From a bacterium (GTDB lineage: Bacteria > Electryoneota > JAOADG01): a DNA stretch of 64,000 nt. The notes below the pieces were generated by a model. The model did not search any database, was not told the DNA's origin, and was given only the letters and a program-made list of their open reading frames with translations. Where the stretch lies: NCBI GenBank assembly GCA_963681965.1, contig OY820579.1:3200001-3264000 (forward strand). Direction: 5' to 3'. Position 1 is the stretch's first letter; each line of letters opens with the position of its first letter. Shown piece by piece: positions 30,299 through 41,596 of this stretch. The position numbers and the translations under genes were made by a program.

Positions 30299-31312
30299 TT
30301 AATCTTCCCGTTTCAATTTTCGAAGCATCAATTCCAGAGCGACTTGCCGCATCTCCTTACCGGAGAACATGACATCGTACATCGCTTGTGCGATCGGCAT
30401 TTCGACGCCTACCTGTCGCGATAATTCTACTGCCGCAACGGTCGCATTCACTCCTTCGGCAACCATCGTCATGGTGCGAAGAATTTCGTCGATCTTATAC
30501 CCTTTTCCTAGTTGCTCGCCGACATACCGGTTGCGGCTATGCTTCGACATACAAGTGGTAATTAAGTCACCCAGTCCCGACAATCCCGAGAATGTCGCTG
30601 GCTGACCACCGAGCTTCACCCCAAGGCGAGTGATTTCCACCAATCCCCGGGTCATCAACATCCCTTTGGTGTTGTCGCCGAAACCGAGACCATCGCAAAT
30701 ACCTGTTGCTACTGCGATCACGTTTTTCAACGCACCTGCCATTTCGACACCGACCACATCGGTACTGGAGTAAATCCGGAAAGTAGATCCACTCAACAGA
30801 TGCTGCACCTGATGTGCCAAGTCGATATCGTCACAAGCAACGACCACCGAAGTGGGAAAATTCATCACCACTTCTTCGGCATGCGATGGACCGGAGAGAA
30901 TTGCAATCCGACTTGCTTGGTAGCTGGGAATCTCATCGGAGATCACCTGCGACATTCGCAGATGCGATTTCAGTTCCAACCCCTTCGTCGCACTCACAAT
31001 CGGCGCTTCCGGTTGGTACTGCGCAATCTGCCGGGAAACCTCTCGCACCGTATGGCTCGGTACTGCGATAATAATCAATTCGGCTTTGTCGAGAGCACTC
31101 TCCAGATCGCTGGTAAAATGAAGTTCCTGTGGAATTTTGAATCCGGGTAACAGAATCGGAGCTTCTCGTTTTCGATCCAGTTCAGAGCAGACTTCCGGTC
31201 GGAATTCCCACAGGGTAACTTCGTGACCTTTCGCATGGGCAAGAGCACCTAGACCCAATCCCCAGGATCCGGCACCAATAATGGCAATACGATGTCCATG
31301 CATACTCTGCAT
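30299..31312 (-). CDS. gpsA: Glycerol-3-phosphate dehydrogenase (NAD(P)+)
   Basis: GAGSWG, TKGLE, SGPSHA, GALKNV, GLGDL, SRNR. Confidence 0.97.
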   Translation of the reverse strand: MQSMHGHRIAIIGAGSWGLGLGALAHAKGHEVTLWEFRPEVCSELDRKREAPILLPGFKIPQELHFTSDLESALDKAELIIIAVPSHTVREVSRQIAQYQPEAPIVSATKGLELKSHLRMSQVISDEIPSYQASRIAILSGPSHAEEVVMNFPTSVVVACDDIDLAHQVQHLLSGSTFRIYSSTDVVGVEMAGALKNVIAVATGICDGLGFGDNTKGMLMTRGLVEITRLGVKLGGQPATFSGLSGLGDLITTCMSKHSRNRYVGEQLGKGYKIDEILRTMTMVAEGVNATVAAVELSRQVGVEMPIAQAMYDVMFSGKEMRQVALELMLRKLKRED

Positions 31313-32298
31313 TACGCTACAACCTTTCCGACATAGGTAACGTTTTCATCAATCAAGCTTCGAAGTTGTTGTTCAGATCCCGGTTCTGCGACAATGATCA
31401 ATCCAATTCCCAAATTCATCGCTTCGCGCATCGCATCATCCGATACTTCACCCAAGCGTCGAATAAGTTCAAAGATCGGCGGTTCCTGCCAATTCCCCCA
31501 CTCGATCTCCAGATGAAGTGGTTCCCGGAGCAATCGTTTTGTATTGCCGACAATACCACCACCGGTGATGTGTGAAAAACCGTGTACCCACTCAAATTGG
31601 CGAACCTTTCGAATAGGAGCCAGATAGCTTCGATGGACTGCTAACAGCGCATCTGCCAGTGTAGTTCCGTCGTGTAATTTCTCATGTTGTGACAGTCGCG
31701 ACTTTTCAAACAGGACTTTGCGAGCCAGAGTAAAACCGTTCGTGTGCAATCCCGTCGAAGCCAAACCCCACAATTCGTCTCCAGCTTTGATACGCGATCC
31801 ATCCAGTACTGGTAAATTAGTGGGTATGCTCCCAATGATCGTTGCACCTAAATCGAATTGACCGGGAATAAACACGCCATTCAACTCGGCAGTTTCACCG
31901 CCGATGAGCGCGATTTGATTATTCGTACATCCTCGAACCAACCCTTCCAACAGGGCGATATCGCGCTCGGGATCGAGTTTATCGGTTGCCAGCGTATCGA
32001 GCAGAAACAACGGATCAGCGCCCATTACGGCAATGTCGTTGACACAGTGATTGACGAGACATTCGCCGATCGTATCGAACCGATTTGCCCACGAAGCAAC
32101 AATAGTCTTTGTTCCAACCCCATCGGTCGATGCAATCAATCGGGTCGATCCCCCTGCTTCGGCGAGGTCGAATAGACCGCCAAACAGACCGATTTTACCC
32201 ACAACACCTGGTCGACTGGTCGATTTGACCAGTTCCTTGATTCGATCGACGAGCTTTTCCGCTGCTGAAATATTCACGCCAGCTTCTTTGTAATCCAT
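31312..32298 (-). CDS. purM: AIR synthetase
   Basis: YKEAGV, DGVGTK, GGETAE, GLHTNGF, HITGGG. Confidence 0.97.
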   Translation of the reverse strand: MDYKEAGVNISAAEKLVDRIKELVKSTSRPGVVGKIGLFGGLFDLAEAGGSTRLIASTDGVGTKTIVASWANRFDTIGECLVNHCVNDIAVMGADPLFLLDTLATDKLDPERDIALLEGLVRGCTNNQIALIGGETAELNGVFIPGQFDLGATIIGSIPTNLPVLDGSRIKAGDELWGLASTGLHTNGFTLARKVLFEKSRLSQHEKLHDGTTLADALLAVHRSYLAPIRKVRQFEWVHGFSHITGGGIVGNTKRLLREPLHLEIEWGNWQEPPIFELIRRLGEVSDDAMREAMNLGIGLIIVAEPGSEQQLRSLIDENVTYVGKVVA

Positions 32299-32713
32299 CT
32301 GTCTGCAACCAATCTGAATGCGTTTATTGATGCTAGATCTAGTAATACCTAACGTACACAATACTTAATGAAGACCCAATATAGCAAAATACTGTCTCGG
32401 GTGCGAGAATCCTTCGCTAATCACTGTATTCTAGGGGATTAACGTGAAATTTCTACTAAATATTCAGTTTATTCCTTTTCAATCCCTCTGAAAAACACCT
32501 AAAGTCATGTTAATACGGTAAAATTCATAGATGTATTTACTCTCAATCCCATCTCGTCGCCCCACGTATCTGTCTAATTTGCAATTCAAGCCAAATCCGA
32601 TTTGAATCATCGAGTTGTTTCGGTTATTATTGATACCAATCGATCATTCTGTGTCGTTCCGGCAATACTAATAAATTTGAACGGAGCGTGCTTTGAATTG
32701 CTGGGAGGGTTGC

Positions 32714-35700
32714 TTGAGAACGCTTGGTTCAATTGCTGTAGTATTTCTACTTCTTCTCGTTACGACAGCTTTCGCGCGCGAATGGAGCCCCTCCGACGAC
32801 GAAATTCCCGGCATTCCCCTAGCCTCTAGCGCTACCATCGAAACCATTCGGGATGCCAATCAAACGCTCCACATCCGGTTTTCAAAACCCCAAGTCAAAT
32901 TTGAAACCGTCTCGCTCTTCAATCGAAATTGGACTTTCGTCTCAATCGATGGCGAGACCCGACGCTGGGAAGTCGGTAAACCACTTGTTCCAGTGGTCGC
33001 ACGACCGGTTCTCCTCCCCAACCATGGAAATGTCGAAGTCAAGATCGTTCGATCCAAATACACCGAATATCCCAATCTTGATTTGCTACCCCAACAACTC
33101 AGCCCCGAGCTGGGAAAAGCCGGGTACATCGTTCCGCCATTCCGAATGGACACGCTTACTTACCAGCAAGATCGCTGGTTACCCGACCAACTCTCCGAAA
33201 TCAGTAAACCTGTCATATTGCGCGATGCGCGAACTGCTCTACTCAACATTCAGCCGGTATCCTATAATCCCGCTCGGCATACCGTACGAGTGTATACTGA
33301 AATCGAAATCGAGATTATTCCCATCGGCGGTCAAGGTATCAACGAGTTAAATCAAACAGTCGCGCATTCAGCTCCCGGATTTGCACAATTTTATCAGGAT
33401 ATCCTCGGTGCCGATGAGCTGTATACCGCCAATGCGAATGCTCTTCCCGGGTCGATGTTGGTCATCTGTCGTGCCGATTCGCAAGTTATCAACACCATTA
33501 AACCCTATCTTGCGTGGCGAAATCGCGCGGGACGACCGACTCAACTGGTGACAACGAGTTTGTCATCGATTACTCCTGCAATCGTTCAAAACATTATCAC
33601 AACCGCTTACAATAGTTACTCCCCACCACTGGAAATGGTTTTGCTGGTGGGAGATGGCGGTGAAACGGGAAGCTATACTCTTCCCGCCCGGATCTTTTCA
33701 TCGGTCGACGACAATATTCAAACCGACCACTATTACACGGAGATTGTCGGTAACGATATTTTGGCAGATGTCTTTTTGAGTCGGTGGTCTTGCGATAATG
33801 CGCAACAGCTCGCAACCCAGGTCTATCGCTCAATCTATTACGAACGCAATCCGGCAATGGGCACTTCCGGTGCCGATACCACCTGGTTTAAACGGGGTTG
33901 GGGCTACGCCTGCCGGATTATCGATTCCAATCGCAGCGCCGTCCTGTATTCATTGGCTATGATGAATGCTGCCGGTGTACCACAAAGTGGATTGTACTAC
34001 GATGAACAAGATTATCCGGTCGATCAATCGCTGATTAATACTCGCTGCAACGATGGGTTGCTCTTCTGGGCACACCGCTTGGCGTATGTCGGACAAATGT
34101 ATCCCAATCATGTCAGCGGGGTTACCCGGAATGTAAATAAGTGCTTCGTCGGATTGAATATCACGTGCGGGTCAGGCGCTTGGTATACTCCCGGTGTGCA
34201 GGGAATTCAGGAACAACTCACCCGGAACGGCACACCATCTGCCCCGGCAGGCGCAATCGCGGCAGTTGCGACCGAGACCTCATCGACGCATTCGGCTCCA
34301 AACATCTGTATGCTGACTGGCACCTATTACGGATTAGGGGTAAAAAAAGCGACGACTCCGGCTGCGATGTATTACGAGGGAAAATTTCAATTATGGCGGA
34401 ATTATTGGAATACTGAATCCAGCGATATGGCAATGAATTTCTCCTATTGGAACAATATCATGGGTGATGTTTCCGTGAAAATATGGACGGGTGTTCCCCA
34501 TCGCGTGACTGCGTCAATTCCTACTCAAATCGGATTGGGACAAAACAACCTCCCGCTGACATTTCTCGATCAATACACGCGACAACCCATCTCCGGTGCT
34601 CTGGTGACTGTGATGAAACAAAATTCCGGTAACCAATTCGAAACCTACTCGCGTGGATTGACCGATGAATCCGGTCAGGTCGATCTACCACTTACCAATA
34701 CGACAACTGGTAACCTGTTCGTGACAGTTATCGGAAATCGACAGGAACAAAATCTGTTACCGCTGCTCGATACGATCGCTGTCGTTCAACTTCAACCGGA
34801 AGTTGCGTTATCTGGTTATACAATCATCGATGATACGCTGAATGGTCGGTCGGGAAATTCGGATTCGCTCGCGAGTCCCGACGAAACCATCGATCTAGCA
34901 ATTCGTATCCGCAATCTCGGTTCGACCGATTCGATCTTCGGTATCTCTTCGACACTTTCCTCTCTCCACCCTCTCGTCGCACTGATCGGTAATCAATCTA
35001 CCTATCCCAACTTACCACCATCCGGCTCGGCAGATAATCTTCAATTGTTTCGACTCCAGCTCTTACCGGGTCTGAAGAACACCGAGACTATTCCTTTGCG
35101 ATTAACTATCACAACGCGTGATACATCTCTGAATCGCAATCTAATGATCGCACTCCCTATCGTAGCACCATCACTTCAATTTGTCGAATACAACCTAACT
35201 TCTGCACCATTTTTACCCGGAAATAGTTCCGATCTCTCCGTATCGATCAGTAACCTTGGAGCAATCGGTACAAGTGCCAGTACTGCTACATTACTTTCGC
35301 TATCACCCTACGTGTCAGTCAATACGAATAGCGTTCAATTTCCAGCAATCTCCTGCTCCCAGACCGTGAGCAATCCATCGGGTTCGCGATTTAGGATCAC
35401 GTCGAATATTCACACTCCGATTGGATCGATCATTCCATTTGCGTTGGTTTTTCACTCGGTGATGCTACAGGATACCGTTTATTTCTCGATTCCTGTCGGT
35501 ACTATCAACACTACCGATCCCGTTGGTCCCGACGCTTATGGCTACCTTGCGTACGACGATACCGATCTTGGCTATCCTGCCCATCCCGTGTTCAACTGGA
35601 TCAACAATGAGACTACCCAAAATCGCTTGAATATGTACGATATGGGGGAAGGTCAAGACATCTCGGTGCTAGTTCGATTACCATTTCGCGCCAAATATTA

Positions 35701-37897
35701 CGGTGCGTATTTCGATACGATCACAGTCTGTTCGAATGGCTGGATGTCGTTCGGTCCGGCTCGGGTCACCGCCTATACCGGAATTCCCGCGACTCTTCAA
35801 ACACAGTTGCTTCACAACTGGCGACCGTGGCATTTGCCATCGCAAGAATCTGCATCTAATATGGTTGCTGTCGATTGGCAGGATTTAATGATGAATTCCC
35901 TTCAACAAGGTGTCTACGCTTCCTATGATACCAGTAACGGGTGGTTTGTGATCACTTGGGATGGTTCATCGGTAAATGGAAATTTATTGAATGTCGCTCA
36001 GCTAATCATCTACGATCCGGCACGTTGGTATACTTCCACCGGCGATAGTAAACTTCAGATCCAGTTGAAAACTTTCAACTGTCCCTCTAGCAGTGGTCCA
36101 GAACCGGGATATGCTACCATCGGTATTTGTGATTCCACCCTGACTCGCGCAATCGAATATTATCACTGGAACCGCGCTGCTACCGGAGCGGCACCAATTC
36201 TGATGGGTGCGAATATAAATCGCACGATTCTATTTTCTCCCGCGCAGCGCCTCCAAACCGGATCGATCTCAGGATTTATTCGATCTACCGGAAACAATTT
36301 ACCCGTCCCGAACACCACGATATCGATCCAAACTGCCGGTAATTCAACTTCAACCGATTCATCCGGTCATTATGCAATCGATGATGTCGTCGCCGGACAA
36401 TATCCCGTGCGAATTTCTGCCTTGGGATATAATCTTGTTACCGACACGATTGTGATTGGCGACCAGATTCATCTCGAACGCAATTACCTACTTTCGCCAT
36501 CGCAATTGCAAGTATCGCTCCATCCGCAGGATACCGTCATCTTCCCGACCGATACCCTGATCGCACTTCTGTCCGATTCGATTTCGACCACGACACGCTC
36601 AATCTATTTGCGAAATGTCGGCAATCAATCAATCAACTGGAACACTGAATTGGATTTTGAACGTGCGACCGAAGATGAAATCGATTACTACGGCGATCGA
36701 GTGTTGCAATGGAATGCGTCGCAAGCAGTCGGCGGCGATCAGGCACTATTCGGAGTTGAATTCGATGGAAATCATTTCTGGATCACTGGTGCGAACAATT
36801 ATTCACACCCTCATAAATTATATAAGCTGAATCGGTCCGGTCAATTGATTGCGAGTTACAATTGTCCCGATCAAACCGGTTTATTCGGCTGGCGCGATCT
36901 CGCGTGGGATGGTCATTACCTCTATGCATCCTATTCCAGTTACATCGACCGGATCGATACCGCCAACGGCGAAGTACTTCAACGCTATCTAACGACTCTT
37001 AACCCGGCACGTGCCATCGCAATCGATACGGCTACTCATACGATGTACTATTGCGATCAACGCAGTTCCATCTACCAAATGGATCTTGTCACGGGAACAG
37101 TTATCGGTACACTTCCCAATCCCTTCGGATTGAGTGGAATAAATGGATTGGCGTGGTATCCCAACGATACCGATAATAAATTTCTGTTCGCATTCTGTCG
37201 CGATCAATCCTCGTATAGTCGCGGCGCTCGCATTTACAAAATCGATCCATCGACGGGACTATCAACTCCACAAACTTTTCCCGGATATACTTCGGAAAAT
37301 GCCGCCGGAATCGCCATCACTCCACTTTGGGATTCTTACTCATGGTCTGCTGTCGCATTGATAGAAAATCCGGTGGGTGACGACCGGTTGGAACTCTATC
37401 AACTCGATCCCTATGCGCAGTGGCTTCGGCTTTCACCGCGACAAGCCACAATTTCCAGCAGTTCACGCGATTCACTCATCGTGACATTCGATGCGAGTAA
37501 TATTCCGGCAGGTATTCACCGCGCATCCATTTCGATCGCATTCAATTCCAATCTGAATGCGGTTTCAATTCCGGTTGTCATGCAGATCGTTCGCGCAAAT
37601 TCGGTCGAAACTTCTTCGCAATTGCTTCCGGAAACCATCGAATTGCGACAAAACTATCCCAACCCCTTTAACGCGATGACTTCGATTGCGTTTTCACTGC
37701 CTCGATCATCTTCAGTAAATCTTACGATCTATGATGCGTTAGGTCGTGAAGTCACGCAACTGATAAAGAACACGCAGTTATCGACCGGATATCATCAGAT
37801 CAGTTTCAATGCGAATAAGTTATCAGCGGGAATTTACTTCTATCAATTAGCGGTGGGACAAAACCGCTCGACGCGAAAAATGCTTCTGCTGAAGTAG
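32714..37897 (+). CDS. Secreted C25 (gingipain-like) multidomain protein with T9SS-type C-terminal domain
   Basis: Signal peptide, propeptide, C25 core (VLLVGD, TDHYY, ITCGSG, NIMGD), Ig-like region, carboxypeptidase-regulatory-like segment, beta-propeller-like region, QNYPNPFN...LSAGIYFY...KMLLLK tail; SD GGAGG before TTG 32714. Confidence 0.85.
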   Translation: MRTLGSIAVVFLLLLVTTAFAREWSPSDDEIPGIPLASSATIETIRDANQTLHIRFSKPQVKFETVSLFNRNWTFVSIDGETRRWEVGKPLVPVVARPVLLPNHGNVEVKIVRSKYTEYPNLDLLPQQLSPELGKAGYIVPPFRMDTLTYQQDRWLPDQLSEISKPVILRDARTALLNIQPVSYNPARHTVRVYTEIEIEIIPIGGQGINELNQTVAHSAPGFAQFYQDILGADELYTANANALPGSMLVICRADSQVINTIKPYLAWRNRAGRPTQLVTTSLSSITPAIVQNIITTAYNSYSPPLEMVLLVGDGGETGSYTLPARIFSSVDDNIQTDHYYTEIVGNDILADVFLSRWSCDNAQQLATQVYRSIYYERNPAMGTSGADTTWFKRGWGYACRIIDSNRSAVLYSLAMMNAAGVPQSGLYYDEQDYPVDQSLINTRCNDGLLFWAHRLAYVGQMYPNHVSGVTRNVNKCFVGLNITCGSGAWYTPGVQGIQEQLTRNGTPSAPAGAIAAVATETSSTHSAPNICMLTGTYYGLGVKKATTPAAMYYEGKFQLWRNYWNTESSDMAMNFSYWNNIMGDVSVKIWTGVPHRVTASIPTQIGLGQNNLPLTFLDQYTRQPISGALVTVMKQNSGNQFETYSRGLTDESGQVDLPLTNTTTGNLFVTVIGNRQEQNLLPLLDTIAVVQLQPEVALSGYTIIDDTLNGRSGNSDSLASPDETIDLAIRIRNLGSTDSIFGISSTLSSLHPLVALIGNQSTYPNLPPSGSADNLQLFRLQLLPGLKNTETIPLRLTITTRDTSLNRNLMIALPIVAPSLQFVEYNLTSAPFLPGNSSDLSVSISNLGAIGTSASTATLLSLSPYVSVNTNSVQFPAISCSQTVSNPSGSRFRITSNIHTPIGSIIPFALVFHSVMLQDTVYFSIPVGTINTTDPVGPDAYGYLAYDDTDLGYPAHPVFNWINNETTQNRLNMYDMGEGQDISVLVRLPFRAKYYGAYFDTITVCSNGWMSFGPARVTAYTGIPATLQTQLLHNWRPWHLPSQESASNMVAVDWQDLMMNSLQQGVYASYDTSNGWFVITWDGSSVNGNLLNVAQLIIYDPARWYTSTGDSKLQIQLKTFNCPSSSGPEPGYATIGICDSTLTRAIEYYHWNRAATGAAPILMGANINRTILFSPAQRLQTGSISGFIRSTGNNLPVPNTTISIQTAGNSTSTDSSGHYAIDDVVAGQYPVRISALGYNLVTDTIVIGDQIHLERNYLLSPSQLQVSLHPQDTVIFPTDTLIALLSDSISTTTRSIYLRNVGNQSINWNTELDFERATEDEIDYYGDRVLQWNASQAVGGDQALFGVEFDGNHFWITGANNYSHPHKLYKLNRSGQLIASYNCPDQTGLFGWRDLAWDGHYLYASYSSYIDRIDTANGEVLQRYLTTLNPARAIAIDTATHTMYYCDQRSSIYQMDLVTGTVIGTLPNPFGLSGINGLAWYPNDTDNKFLFAFCRDQSSYSRGARIYKIDPSTGLSTPQTFPGYTSENAAGIAITPLWDSYSWSAVALIENPVGDDRLELYQLDPYAQWLRLSPRQATISSSSRDSLIVTFDASNIPAGIHRASISIAFNSNLNAVSIPVVMQIVRANSVETSSQLLPETIELRQNYPNPFNAMTSIAFSLPRSSSVNLTIYDALGREVTQLIKNTQLSTGYHQISFNANKLSAGIYFYQLAVGQNRSTRKMLLLK

Positions 37898-37922
37898 ATC
37901 AACTAGAGCAATGCGTTGGCAA

Positions 37923-40124
37923 TTAATTGAAATCGATTGGATCGATATCGATCGCGATTCTGGTCTCGGGATAGATCGATTTAGGTAGGCGTTCAAATAC
38001 ACTGCGGAGTGGATCGACCATTTTAAATCTGATCAGTAACGCAAATCGGTACCACTGTTCTCGTCGCGTGATCAATGCTGGTGCGGCATCGCTGCAATGA
38101 ACACCCTCACTCACCAGCCACTTGCGCAATCGTATCGCTTCTTCCGATGCAGCCAGTTCCTCTTGCGATGTCACCAATACCCGTGCCAATCGAGTGAAAG
38201 GTGGAAATCCCAAGCGACGACGTAAATCGATCGTCCGTTCGGCAAATCCACGCCAATCGGAAGCCTGTAAATAACTCAACAGCGGATGTCCCGGATCCCA
38301 TGTTTGAACGACGACCTCTCCCCGTTCCCGACGACCCGAGCGACCCGATGCCTGTAGTAATAACGATAACGCTCGCTCTTCACTCCGGAAATCGGGAAGG
38401 ATCCATTCCGAATCGGCAGACAGAATTCCCATCAACGTCACTTTCGGAAAATCGAGACCCCTTGCCACCATCCGTGTACCCAGCAAAATATCGGCACGCT
38501 GCTGACCGAAATCCTGTAGTATCCGTTGATGTGAACCGCGCTCGCGTACACTGTCGGCATCCATCCTTAACAATCGCGCTTCGGGAATCTTCGTTTGCAG
38601 CACCTCTTCCACCCGCTCGGTACCGTATCCCCGAGCAGCGATCTTCGCCGAACCGCACTCTTCGCAGCGCTCCGGAGTTGGTGCAAAGTGTCCGCACAAG
38701 TGACAGAGCAAGCCATCCCGCTCGCGATGAACTGTCAGCGATACCGAACAATTCGGACAACCCATCACCCAATTGCATTTCCCGCAACGGAGATGCGTTC
38801 CGTAGCCCCGACGATTTCGCAGAAGAATCACTTGCTCGTGTCGCTCGATCCGATCGCGAATTTCATCGAGCAGCAGCGGTGAGAATACTTCCGTACGTCC
38901 CAATTCAGTTTGCGGAACTTCATTCATATCGACGATGCGCAGATCCGGCATCGGGATATTGTCGATGCGTTCCGGCAATTCGAGGAGATGGTGTTTCCCA
39001 TTCATCGCACCGTAAAACGTCTCGATCGAGGGCGATGCCGAACCCAACACTATCGTACATCCCGCCAATTTCGCGCGCATCAATGCTGCGTCCCGGGCAT
39101 GATACCGCGGTTCCGAATCATTTTGCTTCAATGACGGTTCATGCTCTTCATCGACAATGATCATGCCAAGATTGGTAAGTGGTGCAAATAGCGCTGAGCG
39201 TGCACCAATCACGACATAGCACCCACCGCTCCGCAATTCATGATAGGTTCCGCGCCGTGCCTGATCGGTCATACCACTGTGTAGCACGCGAATGCAACTT
39301 CCGAACACCGCTTGAAAATTCCCGATCAATTGCGGTGTCATTGCGATTTCCGGTACGATCACCAGCACCGACTGATGTTCGCGAATTACTCTTTGTGCCA
39401 ATTCCAGATAAACGCGTGTCTTACCGGAACCAGTCACGCCAAATAATAGCGTACTTTGATAGCCGCCTTGCTGGCGATTTTGTTCGATTTTATCAACCAC
39501 ATTTTGTTGCGCGGTGGTCAATGTCGGAAGTTGTTCGGAATGCGGGGTAATCCCTTTCAGTGCCGGATCGCGATGCCATGGTGCCCGTTTTTCGAAGATG
39601 ATGTTACCCGCTTTTTCCAACCGCGAGATGGCTGCCGGAGAAGCTTTGGTTCGATCCAATCGCTCTTTGTGCAAGCACCAATCGGGGGATGCGATTAAAT
39701 CCTGATACAGCGCATCCATCCCTTTCGGCTTCTTCCCTTTCCCTTCGGGAAAATCGGAAATACCCAACCGACTCCACTGCTCTAATCGAATCGATTTTGT
39801 TCCGGAAAAATCGTTTGGCGGTAATGCCGCTTGCAGCGCAATGCCAGCGGGAACTTTGTAGTAGTCGGCGAACCAGCGGAGAAATGGGAGTAATTCATTG
39901 GGGAATAACGTGGTCGATGATTCAATCGATATCATCGATTTGAGTGGAATGCCCTCGGGTGGTTCAGTCTGCTGCCAAACCCACCCTAGTTGCGGTTTTT
40001 GGCGACCAAACGGGACTTTGACCGCATAGCCAAGTAGATCGGAGAGAAATCCGGATGGCGCTCGGTAGTGATAACATTGATACGGTGCAGTCGACAGTGC
40101 GACTTCCCACACCAACTCACTCAT
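37923..40124 (-). CDS. priA: Primosomal protein N'
   Basis: GVTGSGKT, DEEH, Cys clusters, GLDFP, SGRSGR. Confidence 0.97.
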   Translation of the reverse strand: MSELVWEVALSTAPYQCYHYRAPSGFLSDLLGYAVKVPFGRQKPQLGWVWQQTEPPEGIPLKSMISIESSTTLFPNELLPFLRWFADYYKVPAGIALQAALPPNDFSGTKSIRLEQWSRLGISDFPEGKGKKPKGMDALYQDLIASPDWCLHKERLDRTKASPAAISRLEKAGNIIFEKRAPWHRDPALKGITPHSEQLPTLTTAQQNVVDKIEQNRQQGGYQSTLLFGVTGSGKTRVYLELAQRVIREHQSVLVIVPEIAMTPQLIGNFQAVFGSCIRVLHSGMTDQARRGTYHELRSGGCYVVIGARSALFAPLTNLGMIIVDEEHEPSLKQNDSEPRYHARDAALMRAKLAGCTIVLGSASPSIETFYGAMNGKHHLLELPERIDNIPMPDLRIVDMNEVPQTELGRTEVFSPLLLDEIRDRIERHEQVILLRNRRGYGTHLRCGKCNWVMGCPNCSVSLTVHRERDGLLCHLCGHFAPTPERCEECGSAKIAARGYGTERVEEVLQTKIPEARLLRMDADSVRERGSHQRILQDFGQQRADILLGTRMVARGLDFPKVTLMGILSADSEWILPDFRSEERALSLLLQASGRSGRRERGEVVVQTWDPGHPLLSYLQASDWRGFAERTIDLRRRLGFPPFTRLARVLVTSQEELAASEEAIRLRKWLVSEGVHCSDAAPALITRREQWYRFALLIRFKMVDPLRSVFERLPKSIYPETRIAIDIDPIDFN

Positions 40125-41431
40125 TTTTGGCGGTACTCGAAAAAGATGTTGCAGCCGATATACGGAAATTGCAGTCGGAACTGTCGCTCGATATATCGTT
40201 TGTAGTTATCCGGAACCAGATCGGCATGCGAGCAGAAAATCGAGAATCGCGGAGGTGTGATTCCAGTCTGAGTGATGAATTTTACTTTGATGTATTTCGC
40301 CTTCACTGCCGGTGGTGGACGCCCCTTCCAGAGCGGTTCCAGCCATCTATTCAATTCGCTGGTGGCAATCTTTTTCTTGCGTGCTTCGGAAATCTGAATC
40401 GCTTGTTCCAGCGTCTTAAAGATGCGAAGTTTGTTGTGCACCGAAATAAATCGTAGCGGTACCGATTCCAGTTGCGGGTAGCGATCGTAAAAATCTTGTT
40501 CGAGCTTTTTCGAACTCATCTGATCTTTTTCGACCAGGTCCCATTTATTCATCGCAACGATCAGACCAATCCCTTTATCCCACGCGAATTTCATGATCGC
40601 GTCTTCGGTCGTGCCGAATCCAATCTTCGCATCGACCAGCATAATCGCGACATCGGCGCCTTCCAAGGCACGGTAGGAACGCACCAAAGTGAATTGTTCC
40701 AATCCCCGCTCGATTTTCGAGCGGCGACGCAATCCCGCAGTATCAGTCAGAACAATCGATTTCGATTGAAAATTCAACCGCGAATCGATCGAATCACGGG
40801 TCGTACCCGCCGCATCAGCCACCAGCATCCGGTCTTCGCCAAGCAGCAAATTGACTAGTGACGATTTCCCGACATTCGGGCGACCGATAATCGCAATTCG
40901 TACATCGCATTCCGACGGTGGCGCAAAATCGGTGATCGGAATTCGCTTCCCGATCTCATCGATCAATTCCCACATGTTCCGACCGTGCAGTGCCGAAATC
41001 GCGAATGGTTCACCCGCCCCGAGTTGCACGAATGTGCCGGAATCCCACTCCAATTGCGGATTATCAGCTTTATTCGCGACGATGATAATCGGACGTTTCG
41101 CCTTCAGCAATTGCTTGGTGATCCGCATGTCTTCATCAGTCGGACCGGTCGCAGCATCGACCATCAATAATGTGAGCGTAGCTTCTTCAGTAGCAAAAAA
41201 AGCCTGTTCCCGGATTCCGACCTCAATCTGTCCATCACCTTCGAGAATAATTCCACCGGTATCGACAATGTCGAACATCCGGTCCGCCCATTCGACGGTT
41301 CCATAGATCCGATCGCGGGTTACACCGGGCTGGTCGTCAACGATTGCGTTGCGACTTTTGGTGAGACGATTGAACAGGGTCGACTTGCCAACGTTGGGAC
41401 GACCGATAATTGCTACTAATGGACGAGGCAT
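40121..41431 (-). CDS. der: Ribosome biogenesis GTPase Der
   Basis: Two GRPNVGKS G-domains. Confidence 0.98.
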   Translation of the reverse strand: MPRPLVAIIGRPNVGKSTLFNRLTKSRNAIVDDQPGVTRDRIYGTVEWADRMFDIVDTGGIILEGDGQIEVGIREQAFFATEEATLTLLMVDAATGPTDEDMRITKQLLKAKRPIIIVANKADNPQLEWDSGTFVQLGAGEPFAISALHGRNMWELIDEIGKRIPITDFAPPSECDVRIAIIGRPNVGKSSLVNLLLGEDRMLVADAAGTTRDSIDSRLNFQSKSIVLTDTAGLRRRSKIERGLEQFTLVRSYRALEGADVAIMLVDAKIGFGTTEDAIMKFAWDKGIGLIVAMNKWDLVEKDQMSSKKLEQDFYDRYPQLESVPLRFISVHNKLRIFKTLEQAIQISEARKKKIATSELNRWLEPLWKGRPPPAVKAKYIKVKFITQTGITPPRFSIFCSHADLVPDNYKRYIERQFRLQFPYIGCNIFFEYRQK

Positions 41432-41596
41432 TCTAATGGATCCGGTTTATACTAGAGAATTGTGAGTAAAATAAGCGGTTTGACTGATTTGTCCAACCAC
41501 CCATCGAAACAAAACACGACTGATTTCATTACTTACGGTCTGCAGAATAATATATAAATAACTATTATACAATAGTATACATAACAACATTCAACT

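Noticed and set aside
32484-32498. CCTCTGAAAAA resembling the IS5 left IR
   Set aside because: Only about 11 bp and lacks the terminal GAAA; compatible with chance
38201-39160. 319-aa + strand ORF, and similar long ORFs at 13460-14281, 52087-52878, 54372-55043 and 61519-62187
   Set aside because: Antisense shadows of priA, pnp, korB, sucD and arcC with no recognisable motifs
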